A stretch of DNA of 64,000 nucleotides from Acidimicrobiia bacterium (GTDB taxonomy: Bacteria > Actinomycetota > Acidimicrobiia > Spongiisociales > ZC4RG35), in the NCBI GenBank assembly GCA_965215185.1, contig OZ244034.1, forward strand, positions 160,001 to 224,000, read 5' to 3'. Positions 30,063-40,553 of this stretch are shown here, piece after piece. Each line of letters starts with the position of its first letter. Positions within the stretch are counted from its first letter, which is position 1. The position numbers were made by a program, and so were the translations under genes. The notes under the pieces were generated by a model, which searched no databases, was not told the DNA's origin, and was given only the letters and a program-made list of their open reading frames with translations.

Positions 30063-31379
30063 CTACCGGTCCTCGCCATCCTCCGGAAGGCCGATCTTGG
30101 CTTTCACCTTGCTCAGGATCTTGAGGTAGGTGTCCAATTCGACATAGTTGGAGTGCCGGTCCGAGCCGATGTAACGATGTCCGCCTTTGAGATCCGGGAA
30201 ATGATTCGTTTTCAGATCCTGGAACCCTTCGGCAGTGGAGGATTCCGGGGCCGCGGTGGCGTCGGCCACGATGAGTTCGGCCATCGCGTCGAAAGTGGGA
30301 TAGGCGGCGGCTGCAAACTCGAGAAACCCCAGAACCGCCAGGTTCGGGCAGTTGCGGGCAAACATGCCCAAATAGAGATCGGGTCGACCCTCCTTGGTCT
30401 GCAGCACGCCGTCATCGAGAAACGGGCTGACCTGCTGATAACCCGTAGCGGTGATCACCAGATCGATCTGCTCTCGGGTGCCGTCTGCGAAGACGACCGC
30501 GTCGCCGTCGAAGCGATCAATGTCGGGTCTTGCAATACAGTCGCCATGGCTGAGGTAATGAAGGATCTGGGTGTTCATCAGCGGGTGCGACTCGAAGATC
30601 CGGTGGTCGGGTTTAGGAAGCCCGTAGCGGCGGAGATCGCCGGTGAGAAGGCGCAAGATCGCCGTGAAGATCGGGACCTCGAGCCAGTGGGGGAGCTTGG
30701 GGCCCTGGGAAGCAAACACGTCGGCAGCCTTTCCGAAGACGTGCTTGGGAATGAGGTGATAACCGCGGCGCAGGCTCCAGAAAGCCTGATCGGCGCGAGC
30801 GGAAGCGTCGCAGGCGATGTCGGCGCCGGAGTTGCCGCCGCCCACCACCAGCACCCGCTTGCCTTCGAACTCCTTGGCTGACCGGTAGGTGACTGCGTGC
30901 CTTATCTCGCCACGAAACTCTCCCGGCCAGGTCACGATGTTGGGCACCCACGTCACTCCGTTGGCGCAGATCAGGTAGCGACATCTGCGAGTGCCGCCAT
31001 CACCGAGGCGCAGTTCCCACAACCCACCGGGGATCGGAACCGCTTTCTTTACCGGCGTTTCGAAGCGGATGTGGCGGCGAAGATCGAACCGATCCGCAAA
31101 AGCGCCGATGTAACTGCGCACTTGGCGGTAATTCGGGTAGTCCGGATAGTCCTCGGGCATCGGGAAGCCCGGAATGCCGGACAGCGTCCGCGATGAAATG
31201 AAATGAGCGGACTCGTACATCGGCGAACCCGGTGCATCGATATTCCAGACTCCGCCCACGTCGCTTTGGCGCTCGAAGAGCTCGAAGGTCGCCTCCGTTC
31301 GGGCCAAGCAGCGGGCCAGGAGCAGGCCTGCCGGGCCGGCGCCCACGACTGCCACATCAAGGATTGTCGGGTTCTTCAT
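30063..31379 (-). CDS. Flavin-containing monooxygenase (FMO-like)
   Basis: GAGPAG, GGVW, FRGEIRHAVTYR (FxGxxxHxxxY), GGGNSGADIA, ATGY. Confidence 0.92.
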   Translation of the reverse strand: MKNPTILDVAVVGAGPAGLLLARCLARTEATFELFERQSDVGGVWNIDAPGSPMYESAHFISSRTLSGIPGFPMPEDYPDYPNYRQVRSYIGAFADRFDLRRHIRFETPVKKAVPIPGGLWELRLGDGGTRRCRYLICANGVTWVPNIVTWPGEFRGEIRHAVTYRSAKEFEGKRVLVVGGGNSGADIACDASARADQAFWSLRRGYHLIPKHVFGKAADVFASQGPKLPHWLEVPIFTAILRLLTGDLRRYGLPKPDHRIFESHPLMNTQILHYLSHGDCIARPDIDRFDGDAVVFADGTREQIDLVITATGYQQVSPFLDDGVLQTKEGRPDLYLGMFARNCPNLAVLGFLEFAAAAYPTFDAMAELIVADATAAPESSTAEGFQDLKTNHFPDLKGGHRYIGSDRHSNYVELDTYLKILSKVKAKIGLPEDGEDR

Positions 31380-31597
31380 AGCCAGAGCCCGGGCCGAAAG
31401 TTTGCGGCGACCGTATTCAGTCTTGGATCGGAGACGCTCATCTCACTAAGTGTCGACTCCTGAAAAGCAAAGGCCAAATTCTGGCATGGGGCGCTGTGAT
31501 GCTGTGCTCGAAAGATTGGCGCCTGCCTCCTTTCCGAAGCTATCGGGAGTGATGTGGTCGGCTACTAGTCTTGCCCGAATGAACGAGGAGCCAGCAG

Positions 31598-32833
31598 TTG
31601 CCAGACGTGATTGACCACAACTACGTAAGCCGTGTCGAGAAGGTGGTCCGCGAGGGAGATTTCTTTGGGAAAGCCGCCCGAAACGACCGGGAATCACGGT
31701 ACCCGATCGAAAACATGGAGGCGCTGAAGTCGGTAGGGGTGCCTTCCATGGCCATCCATCCCCAGTTCGGCGGACCCGGACATAACATTGCCACTCGCAC
31801 CAAGGTGGCGGAAACGATCGCCTACGGCGACCCGGTTTCGGCCGCCTGCACCAACATGCACTGGTCGGCGCTCGATCTGATCGGCCCCTATGCCTTTGGG
31901 GACAAGAACATGGCGGCTTTGCTCAGGGACTGTGCTGAGAACCAGTCCATGTTCTGCGGCGCCGCTTCGGCGCCGTCGGACGAGTTGGATGTGACCAAGG
32001 TCGGGGCCAGGTTCCACCGAGTGGACGGAGGGTGGCTCGGAAACGGCCGGGTGGGTTTCGCCACCAACTCGGACGGGGCATCATATGTGGGAACCATCGG
32101 CTCGGTGGTCAATGAGCAAGGTGAGTTGCAGGGACGAAGGCTTTTGGTGCTGTTCGTTCCGGTGGGGACACCTGGTCTGACCATCAACGACGACTGGAAC
32201 GCTATGGGGTTGCGGGGGACGGCCACCAATTCGGTAACAATCGAGAATGCCTTCGTGCCCGACCGCTACACCATTGTCCGAGACCTAGACCAAACCCAGG
32301 CCACTTTCACCGATGATGAGGGAGAGGTGCAGCACATGGCATTTGGGCTGCTCAATCTCTCGGCCGGTGGGATGCAAGTGGGACATTGCCGCCGGATCCT
32401 GGACTACATGGCCGGGTTCCTGCGCAAGCGCAAGGGTGGGATAGCGGTGGCCATCAAAGGTCAGGTGACTTTGACTCGAGCCGATGTGGGATGGGCGCAA
32501 TCCACCTACGGCAGGATGAGTTTTTGGGTGCGCTCGGCCTCCACGGTGTTGTACGACATTGCAGCCAAGCTCTCTGACCCCCAATACCCGCAGGAGAAGA
32601 GAGCCTGGATCAGCCTGATGGCTCTCTACCATGTGCGGCGCATGACTGAGGAGGTGGCCAAAGAGTCTTTCCGCTTGGCCGGGGCCCACGGGATCGTGGC
32701 TGCCAGTCCCTACGAGCGGATGTACCGGGACCTGTTGGCTCAGGCCGCCATCATTTTCAAGGCTCCGGAGATGGAAGAACACCTGGGCAAGGCCGAGCTG
32801 GGCATGGCCTTTGATCCCATGCCGGGCGGCTAG
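31598..32833 (+). CDS. Acyl-CoA dehydrogenase-fold flavoprotein
   Basis: PQFGGPG, NMH, GWLGNGRVGFATN, WNAMGLRGTATNSV, ERMYRD. Confidence 0.8.
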   Translation: MPDVIDHNYVSRVEKVVREGDFFGKAARNDRESRYPIENMEALKSVGVPSMAIHPQFGGPGHNIATRTKVAETIAYGDPVSAACTNMHWSALDLIGPYAFGDKNMAALLRDCAENQSMFCGAASAPSDELDVTKVGARFHRVDGGWLGNGRVGFATNSDGASYVGTIGSVVNEQGELQGRRLLVLFVPVGTPGLTINDDWNAMGLRGTATNSVTIENAFVPDRYTIVRDLDQTQATFTDDEGEVQHMAFGLLNLSAGGMQVGHCRRILDYMAGFLRKRKGGIAVAIKGQVTLTRADVGWAQSTYGRMSFWVRSASTVLYDIAAKLSDPQYPQEKRAWISLMALYHVRRMTEEVAKESFRLAGAHGIVAASPYERMYRDLLAQAAIIFKAPEMEEHLGKAELGMAFDPMPGG

Positions 32834-32861
32834 TAGTAGCCCGGCGGAGAATCGGACGACG

Positions 32862-33701
32862 ATGATCCGAAGTCACCTCTACGTACCCGGCGACCGTCCC
32901 TCAATGCTGGCCAAGGCGTCTACCCGGGGGGCTGACATGATCATCCTCGATCTGGAGGATGCCGTTGCTCCCAATGCCAAAGCGGAGGCTCGCCGGATTA
33001 TCAGAGAGGCCATCCCGCAGATGGATGCGGCGGGGGCGCGATTTGCGGTTCGGGTCAACGGCGAACCCGAGGAACAGGAGGCGGATCTTGCGGCTTTGGT
33101 CGACAGGGGAGTCAAGGTCTTGGTGGTGCCGAAAGCCACCGCCGAGGCGATCGCGGCTGTCGCCGAACGGTCCAGACGACTGGGATTCTCATCTTCTCTT
33201 CGTCTGGTGGCTCTTATCGAAAGCGCCCGGGGCTTGTGGGAGGTCCTCTCAATCGCCGAGCATCCACAGGTGGTGGGTTTGGCGATCGGGGAAGAGGACC
33301 TAGCGGCCGACCTGGGATTGGCACACGGCGCCGATCCGATGCTATGGCATCCTGCCCGGTCGCGGCTGGTGTGGGCGTCGGCGTGCGCGGGGCTCCCCGG
33401 CCCCTCCGGTCCGGTGTGGGCCGATTTCTCCGATCTGGACGGGTTGAGGGAATCCACCCACCTGCTTCGACAATGCGGATTCTCATCCCGCCCCGCCATC
33501 CACCCGGCGCAGGTACGGGTGATCAATGAGGTCTTCACCCCCTCGGTAGAAGAGCTGGAGGCGGCCCATCGGCTGGTCGAAGAATACGATCAAGCTAAAG
33601 CCGGAGGCAGGGGAGCAATCCGCGATTCTCAAGGAAGAATGGTCGACGAAGCAGTAGTCCGCCGCGCCCGCCACCTGCTAGATCGACAAGATAGCCAGTA
33701 A
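32862..33701 (+). CDS. HpcH/HpaI aldolase / citrate lyase beta (CitE)-like CoA-ester lyase
   Basis: RSHLYVPG, ILDLEDAV, VRVN, LIESARG, AIHPAQ, GRMVDEA. Start set at ATG 32862. Confidence 0.9.
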   Translation: MIRSHLYVPGDRPSMLAKASTRGADMIILDLEDAVAPNAKAEARRIIREAIPQMDAAGARFAVRVNGEPEEQEADLAALVDRGVKVLVVPKATAEAIAAVAERSRRLGFSSSLRLVALIESARGLWEVLSIAEHPQVVGLAIGEEDLAADLGLAHGADPMLWHPARSRLVWASACAGLPGPSGPVWADFSDLDGLRESTHLLRQCGFSSRPAIHPAQVRVINEVFTPSVEELEAAHRLVEEYDQAKAGGRGAIRDSQGRMVDEAVVRRARHLLDRQDSQ

Positions 33702-33856
33702 CCATCTCCCGCCTTAAAGTGGCACGGTGAACGAAGTGTCACCGGACGTGATTAGCCCCACTCTTGCAACACCCACCGGATCTACCATCCGATCCGATAC
33801 ATCAGGATCAATTCCGGAGCCTGACTTGATCCTGCCTGGTGGTGGGTGAATCGGGC

Positions 33857-34666
33857 CTAGTCGAAGACAACGGCGATGGGTCTGACAGGCGATCCGGTGG
33901 CGCCCACCAGCTTCAGGGGGCAGGCCACGAACAGGCATGCTCCCACGCCCAAAGCGGCTAGTTTGCCCAGGTTCATCACCTCGAAGATGTGGATGCCGGT
34001 CTCGACCAGGAGCCGGTGGTGAACAGGCAGGATGCTGTGGCCGGTACCCGCTTTGATCACCTCGAAGGCAATAGTCTCGGCGCCCGCCGCCCGCACGCGG
34101 CGGTCGGCCAGCCAATCGGCGGCTTCCGCGCCGGGTCCCGGTGACCCATGAACCTGGGCAAGAAACATTTCGGGATCGTCCCATAGCAGATTCCAGCCAC
34201 TGTGGATGAGCGCCACATCACCGGCTCGCACCGGGGCGCCGGCCGCCTCCTCCGCCGCGGAGAGATCGGCGGCGGTGATCTCATATCCGGCAGGCAGATG
34301 TTCGACCGAGTGAACACGAGCCACGTCCAAGAGCACGCCCCGGCAGAAGAAGGGTTCCACTGTTTCGATTCCCATCTGCGTGTAGCCATCGGTGGTAGTT
34401 GCCGAGGCGGTAGTGACACCTCCGTGCATCAAGCCTTGATGGGAAACATGGCAAAAGGCATCGACATGGGTGCCGACATGCCCTCCCAACAAGATGATCT
34501 CGTTGGCGGTCGACCCGCCGTCGGACCTCACTTCGTCCCCGTGGCGTTTCATGAGAGTCATTTGGTACGGGGCATGAGTGGGGGAGACCGGCATGCCTCG
34601 GAACCACGGATGGGCCAAATCCACGATCCTCCCACCTAAAAGAGCCGTCCAATCCGTGCTGGTCAC
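33857..34666 (-). CDS. Cyclase family metal-dependent hydrolase (kynurenine formamidase-like)
   Basis: HVGTHVDAFCH (HxGTHxD), PLKLVGATGSPVRPIA. GTG start follows an AAGGAG RBS. Confidence 0.9.
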   Translation of the reverse strand: MTSTDWTALLGGRIVDLAHPWFRGMPVSPTHAPYQMTLMKRHGDEVRSDGGSTANEIILLGGHVGTHVDAFCHVSHQGLMHGGVTTASATTTDGYTQMGIETVEPFFCRGVLLDVARVHSVEHLPAGYEITAADLSAAEEAAGAPVRAGDVALIHSGWNLLWDDPEMFLAQVHGSPGPGAEAADWLADRRVRAAGAETIAFEVIKAGTGHSILPVHHRLLVETGIHIFEVMNLGKLAALGVGACLFVACPLKLVGATGSPVRPIAVVFD

Positions 34667-34981
34667 TACACCACTCCTTTCCGAGCGAACCCGGCTGCTT
34701 CTCTGCGCTGCCCGAGGATCTTGCAACTAAGAACGGTATCAGCTCTGCTGGTCCGTCACCAGGCGGCGCCACATGGAAGCGGGGGTGAGTCCACGGCGTA
34801 TTATCCGCGTGACTACGAAGGTAGCGGCAGTAACTGGGAGCAGCACGGGTAGTCCCGAAAGGGCCCGCTGCACCAGGAATCTCAACATGGGAATAACGCT
34901 TTATCCTCCCAGGACCGGGTCGATGCCGCCCATTGCCTCATGAACCCCCGCCAACCGGCGTCGGGTGTCCCAAGCGACGGT

Positions 34982-35830
34982 ATGTACAACCCGCGACAGC
35001 TGCTTTTTCCGGGAGGGGGACTGGTGATGGGCACCCTCCCCGGCGGTTCCAAGCCGGTGATGGCCCGCGGCGCCGGTTCTCGGATCTGGGATAACCGCGG
35101 CCGACAATACCTGGATTGTGTATTGGGATCGGGGGCACTGATTCTGGGACACGCCCACCCGGAGATGGTGGCGGCGGGGGTCTCCCGTCAAATAGGGGAG
35201 GGCACCACCTATTACGCCCTCAGCTCGCCCACGTTGGAGCTGGCCGAGCGGATCGTCCATCATGTACCTTCGGCAGAGCAGATACAGTTCTGCGGTTCGG
35301 GAGGAGAGGCGGTCGGCTACGCCCTTCGTCTGGCCCGGGCGGCTACTGGAAGGCAGTTGGTCCTCAAATTTCGAAGGCGCCTTTCATGGCTTCAGCGATT
35401 ATGCCTAGATGAGTTGGGTCCCCTCCGTCCCCTCCCAATATCCGGTCCCCCAGCCCGACACCGCCGGAGTTCCCCTCGCAGTGTCCGACACGGTATTGGT
35501 AGCTCCGTTTAACGACCTGGAGGAGACCGCCCGCATCATCTCCGCCCATGCCGACCGGTTGGCAGCGGTGGTGGTAGAGCCCCTGCAACGGGCAATTGTG
35601 GCCGCGGACGGGTTTCTTCAAGGTGTCCGGGAACTCTGCACCCGCCATGCCATAGTGTTGGTCTTCGACGAGGTGGTCACCGGCTTTCGACCCGGTTTGG
35701 GCGGAGCTCAAGACTATTACGGAGTGCTTCCCGACCTGACCTGTCTAGGAAAAATCATCGGGGGCGGCTTTCCTTTGGCTGCTGTGACCGGTCCTGGCTC
35801 CATTATGGGGTTGGCCGCCCACGGACGCCC
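34982..35830 (+). pseudogene. Disrupted class III aminotransferase (GSA aminomutase-like)
   Basis: ILGHAHP and SGGEA, then a frameshift near 35370 (KF/EGAFHG) and an in-frame TAG at 35406. FDEVVTGFR and GKIIGGGFP follow, but the C-terminus is missing. Confidence 0.85.
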
Positions 35831-35988
35831 CGCCTCCCGTTCCATCTTTCCTGATGGCAGCCAGGACTCTTGGCGGTACACCAAGAAAGGTTTCGCTTTC
35901 GAGTTTGGCCCTCACCCTGAGCGGGTGATCGAGCGCAAGACAGGCGCAAACCCGCCGGTCCCTTGTGAAGGGATTCGGTCGTTTCTGT

Positions 35989-38649
35989 CTAGTTGCTGGC
36001 CATCTGGCGGAGGACGTAGGGGAGAATGCCTCCGTGGCGGTAATAGTCCACCTCGATGGGGGTGTCGATGCGGATGATGGCTTCGAACGCCTTGGAGATT
36101 CCGTCCTCGCCTTCAGCTTTCACCATCACCCGCTGGCCTGGCGCCAGTGACTCGTCAACGGGGATGTGAAAAGTCTCGATGCCTGACAGTCCCAGAGTCC
36201 GGGGGTTTTCACCTTCCGCGAACTGGAGGGGCAGCAGGCCCATCATCACCAGGTTGGTGCGATGGATCCGCTCGTAGCTCTCGGCGATCACCGCCCGCAC
36301 GCCCAGCAGGAAGGGGCCCTTCGCAGCCCAGTCACGGGAGGATCCCATCCCGTAGTCCCGGCCCGCAATAACTATGAGTGGCGTTCCAAGGTCACGGTAA
36401 TTGCCCGCCGCTTCGAAGATGGTTTTGACCTGCCCATCCCCGAAGTCGGTGGTGTACCCTCCCACCGTTCCCGGGGCCAGGAGATTCCGCACTCGGAGAT
36501 TGGCGAAGGTGCCCCGGCTCATAACCCGGTCGTTGCCCCGTCGGGCGCCGTAGGAGTTGAATCTAGAGGGTTGGACCCCCCGTTCTATCAGGTAGCGTCC
36601 GGCGGGAGTCTCCGCCGAGATGGAACCGGCGGGGGAGATGTGATCGGTGGTGATCGAATCGCCCACCATCACCAAAGTGCGGGCTCCCACAATGGGCTGC
36701 ACCGCACGAGGCTGGGGGGTCAGGTCCGCAAAGAAGGGCGGCGACTGGATGTAGGTGGATTCCTCCGACCAGTCGTAGAGCCGGCTTTCGGGCGTAATCA
36801 CCGAGCGCCACTCCTCGGCTCCGGTGAAGACGTCTGCATAGCGTCCCGTGAATTGTTCCCGGTTCACATTACGGCTGATGACAGAGGTGACTTCCTTCTG
36901 ACTCGGCCAGATGTCCCTCAGGAAGACCTCCCGGCCTTTGGAGTCGGTTCCCAGCGGCTCGGTGGCCGGATCCCAGTCGACCGTGCCCGCTAGGGCATAA
37001 GCCACCACCAACGGAGGAGATGCCAGGTAGTTGGCCTGGACGTAAGGGTGGATGCGGCCCTCGAAATTGCGGTTCCCCGAGAGCACCCCGGCTGCCACCA
37101 GATCGGCGGAGTCGATAGCGTCCGAGATCGGCTCCGGCAGGGGACCGGAGTTGCCGATGCAGGTAGTGCATCCGTACCCGACCAGGTAGAACCCCAACGC
37201 CTCCAAGTCCTCAGTGAGCCCGGCCTTGTCCAAATAGGCTGTTACCACCTGGGAGCCGGGAGCCAGCGAGGTCTTGACCCAGGGCTGGCGCCGTAGACCC
37301 CGGCGGCGGGCGTTGCGGGCCAAAAGTCCTGCTCCCACCATAACCGCCGGATTGGAGGTGTTGGTACAAGAGGTGATGGCGGCGATGACCACCCGACCGT
37401 GTTCCATGTCGAAGGTGTCACCGTTCATGCTCACTTCCAAAGCGGCGGCGGCGCCGTTGGGAGCGCGGTCGAACACCGCGGCGAGGTCACTGTGCCATTG
37501 CTCCTTCATACGGAACAGCGGGATCCGGTCCTGCGGGCGGCGAGGGCCGGCCAGGGACGGCTCCACCGTGCCCAGATCCAACTCCAGATGGGCGTGATAA
37601 GAGATCTGGCGGTCATCTCGCCACAGGCCCTGTTCCTTGCAGTACTGCTCGACCGTCTCCACCAGCTCTGGGGACCGGCCCGAAAGCTCCAGGTAGCGGA
37701 TGGTCTGGCTGTCCACTGGGAAAAAGCCCACCGTCGCTCCGTATTCGGGCGCCATGTTGGCGATGGTGGCGCGGGTAGCCACCGGCATGTCGTCAAGCCC
37801 CGGGCCCCCGAATTCCACGAATTTGCCTACCACCCCGTAGGATCGCAGCATTTCTGTGACCCGGAGCACCAGGTCGGTGGCGGTGGATCCTTCTCTGAGT
37901 TGGCCGGTGAGACGGACTCCCACCACCTCGGGAAGAAGCATGGAGATGGGCTGACCCACCATCACCGCTTCGGCCTCTATCCCACCTACTCCCCATCCTG
38001 CCACCCCCAAGCCGTTGATCATGGTGGAGTGCGAGTCGGTGCCCACCAGGCTGTCGGGATAGAGCCACTCCCCATCGTCCCATACCACTTTGGCCAGGTA
38101 TTCCAGGTTGACCTGATGGACAATGCCGGTGGCGGGGGGGACCACCCGGAAATTGTTGAAAGCCGACTGCGCCCATTTGAGGAGTTGATACCGCTGCTGA
38201 TTTCTTTCGAACTCCCGCCGGGAGTTGATCATCAGGGCGTCAGGTCGGTTGAAGGCGTCGATCTGAACGCTGTGATCAATCACCAAGTCCACCGGGACCA
38301 AAGGGTTGACCAAGTCGGCCGCGTCGGGATCGCCGGTCATGGCCACGATGGCGTCGCGCATGGCGGCCAGATCCACCACGGCGGGCACCCCAGTGAAGTC
38401 CTGGAGGAGCACCCGGCCGGGAATGAAAGGGATCTCTTTGGCAGAGGAGAGGGCAGGGTTATAGGCGGCGATGGTATCGATGTCCTCGGCAGAGAATCCA
38501 GGTCTGCCCAGGTTCCGTACCGCCGACTCCAAGAGGACCTTGATGGAATAGGGAAGAGCGTCAACCCCGGGCACTGAGTCCAGCCGGGCGATCTTTCTTT
38601 GCCCAAGGGGCGTGGAAATAGTATCTATGGAGCTTTGAGCGGTGTTCAT
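35989..38649 (-). CDS. acnA: Aconitate hydratase A
   Basis: LQDFTGVP, DHSVQ, GTDSH, AITSCTNTSN, GYGCTTCIGNSG, TTDHISPAG, GSSRDWAAKG. Start set at MNTAQ. Confidence 0.97.
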   Translation of the reverse strand: MNTAQSSIDTISTPLGQRKIARLDSVPGVDALPYSIKVLLESAVRNLGRPGFSAEDIDTIAAYNPALSSAKEIPFIPGRVLLQDFTGVPAVVDLAAMRDAIVAMTGDPDAADLVNPLVPVDLVIDHSVQIDAFNRPDALMINSRREFERNQQRYQLLKWAQSAFNNFRVVPPATGIVHQVNLEYLAKVVWDDGEWLYPDSLVGTDSHSTMINGLGVAGWGVGGIEAEAVMVGQPISMLLPEVVGVRLTGQLREGSTATDLVLRVTEMLRSYGVVGKFVEFGGPGLDDMPVATRATIANMAPEYGATVGFFPVDSQTIRYLELSGRSPELVETVEQYCKEQGLWRDDRQISYHAHLELDLGTVEPSLAGPRRPQDRIPLFRMKEQWHSDLAAVFDRAPNGAAAALEVSMNGDTFDMEHGRVVIAAITSCTNTSNPAVMVGAGLLARNARRRGLRRQPWVKTSLAPGSQVVTAYLDKAGLTEDLEALGFYLVGYGCTTCIGNSGPLPEPISDAIDSADLVAAGVLSGNRNFEGRIHPYVQANYLASPPLVVAYALAGTVDWDPATEPLGTDSKGREVFLRDIWPSQKEVTSVISRNVNREQFTGRYADVFTGAEEWRSVITPESRLYDWSEESTYIQSPPFFADLTPQPRAVQPIVGARTLVMVGDSITTDHISPAGSISAETPAGRYLIERGVQPSRFNSYGARRGNDRVMSRGTFANLRVRNLLAPGTVGGYTTDFGDGQVKTIFEAAGNYRDLGTPLIVIAGRDYGMGSSRDWAAKGPFLLGVRAVIAESYERIHRTNLVMMGLLPLQFAEGENPRTLGLSGIETFHIPVDESLAPGQRVMVKAEGEDGISKAFEAIIRIDTPIEVDYYRHGGILPYVLRQMASN

Positions 38650-38660
38650 GGCCTTCTTTT

Positions 38661-39374
38661 TTAGGAACGGATGGTGATCTCGACCGGTATTTCGGTTACA
38701 CAGTCCTCGAGATTGTCGTGGTGGGGAGTCAGAACTGTCTGCGAGCATCTTCCCATCGCCTCGAACAGCCCCGACACTATCCCTCTGTCCAGGGAGCACA
38801 CCACCTCGGGATGGCTCGTGGCGGCTTCGCCGAAGGGACAGTGATAAGTGAGAAGGCGCCCCGTCTCCCAGTCGGGATTCATGGCAAAGCCGATCCCGCT
38901 CATGGCCCCCATCACTCCCCGCACCGCCTCCTCATATCCCGCGCCGGTGGGCGTGCCGATCTCGGCGGCCAACTCCTGTCCGTACTCCCTGCCTATCTCC
39001 TCGGCCACTTCCGAGAGACCTTCGGGGGACAGACGGTTGAGGATTTTGGTCAAAAGCTCCACCAACAGGTCGTATCGAATCGTCGGGTAACTTATCTCGA
39101 TGAGGCGAGTGGTGGCTTGGTAGTGCTTGGGAGGCCTTCCCGCTTTTCTGATAAGAGATGTGGGTGGGATGCCAACCTGCAGATACCCGTCCTCGGTGAG
39201 TATTTCCAAATGATGACGGGCCAGATTGCGGTGAATTCCGAACAATTCGGCAACTTTTCCCACCGTAAGGGGTTCAAGGGATTCCCGCACTGCAATGAAA
39301 ATTGCTCGGCGAGTTGCGTCTCCCAGCGCAGAGGTCAAATCGGCTATTTTCTTGTCGATTACCTGATTACGCAT
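38661..39374 (-). CDS. ArsR/SufR-like HTH metalloregulator
   Basis: LGDATRRAI HTH, ARHHLE, GRPPKHY, and C-terminal HCPF...VVC...DC cysteines. Confidence 0.8.
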   Translation of the reverse strand: MRNQVIDKKIADLTSALGDATRRAIFIAVRESLEPLTVGKVAELFGIHRNLARHHLEILTEDGYLQVGIPPTSLIRKAGRPPKHYQATTRLIEISYPTIRYDLLVELLTKILNRLSPEGLSEVAEEIGREYGQELAAEIGTPTGAGYEEAVRGVMGAMSGIGFAMNPDWETGRLLTYHCPFGEAATSHPEVVCSLDRGIVSGLFEAMGRCSQTVLTPHHDNLEDCVTEIPVEITIRS

Positions 39375-39411
39375 GCAACACCCTCGTATCTACAGGGGAT
39401 TATAGTTAAAG

Positions 39412-40500
39412 ATGATCCAGTCACAGGGTGCATTGAGGGCTGCCATATCGGCGGTCGAAGACCCGCTGTTGCGACATTCTCTTGACTCGCTGGGCATGGT
39501 CCGGGCGGTGAAGACCCGGCGGTTCGGGTCGCCTACCATCACCGTCGCCCTGCCCGTGCCGAACTATCCGGTGCTTGGGGAACTGGTCGGAAGATTGAGG
39601 GAAGCAGCGGTTGGCCTGGTTTCCGACCTAGACATCCAAACCGAGGTCATGAGCGATGACGAGCGGGCAGAGATGATGACGAAAATGAGCCGGCAGGCCG
39701 GTCCGGGTCCGGGAGAAGTCGGATCTGCCGCCAGGGTGGTGGCGGTGTCATCGGGAAAGGGCGGGGTTGGAAAGTCGTCGGTCGCCACCAACCTGGGGTT
39801 GGCGCTGCAGGGACTTGGGAAAAGGGTGGGTTTGATCGACGCCGACATCTGGGGTTTCTCGATTCCGCAGATGCTGGGCATAGACCGGGCGCCGGTGATC
39901 ATCGAACAGGCCATCATCCCTCCCCACGCCTACGGGGTGAGCGCCATGTCCATGGACTACTTCGTGCCCGAGGACAAGGCGGTGATCTGGCGCGGTCCGA
40001 TGCTCCACAAAGCATTGGAGCAGTTTTTGAAGGACGTTTTCTGGGACGCTCCTGACTATCTGCTGATCGACATGCCGCCGGGAACGGGGGATATCGCTAT
40101 CTCCATCAGTAACTTCCTGCCGCGGTCCCAGGTGCTTTTGGTCACCACACCTCAGCCCACCGCCCAACGGGTGGCCCGCCGGGCCGCGTTGATGGCGGCG
40201 CAGGTCAACCAGCAAGTGATCGGGGTGGTGGAGAACATGTCCTGGTTCACCGGCGACGACGGCAAACGCTACGAGTTGTTCGGAGCGGGGGGAGGCCAGG
40301 CGCTTGCCACGGAACTGAAGGTGCCGCTGATGGCCAAGATTCCGCTGTTGCCCCAAATGCGGGAGGGCGCCGACCACGGTCTTCCCGTGACGGCGGCCGC
40401 TCCCGGCAGCGAGGCTGCCCAGGCGTTCACCCAGCTTGCCGAGGCGGTGGAGAAGGCCCGTCCCCGGATTCGTTCCCACCCCGAGTTGGTGATCCGCTAG
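39412..40500 (+). CDS. mrp: Mrp/NBP35 (ApbC) Fe-S carrier ATPase
   Basis: SGKGGVGKSS, DADIWGFS, IWRGPM, DMPPGTGD, VTTPQ, ENMS. Confidence 0.92.
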   Translation: MIQSQGALRAAISAVEDPLLRHSLDSLGMVRAVKTRRFGSPTITVALPVPNYPVLGELVGRLREAAVGLVSDLDIQTEVMSDDERAEMMTKMSRQAGPGPGEVGSAARVVAVSSGKGGVGKSSVATNLGLALQGLGKRVGLIDADIWGFSIPQMLGIDRAPVIIEQAIIPPHAYGVSAMSMDYFVPEDKAVIWRGPMLHKALEQFLKDVFWDAPDYLLIDMPPGTGDIAISISNFLPRSQVLLVTTPQPTAQRVARRAALMAAQVNQQVIGVVENMSWFTGDDGKRYELFGAGGGQALATELKVPLMAKIPLLPQMREGADHGLPVTAAAPGSEAAQAFTQLAEAVEKARPRIRSHPELVIR

Positions 40501-40553
40501 CCGGCCACGCCCGGTGATTTAGAGGGGTACTTTGGGCGACTAATCTGGAGCCA

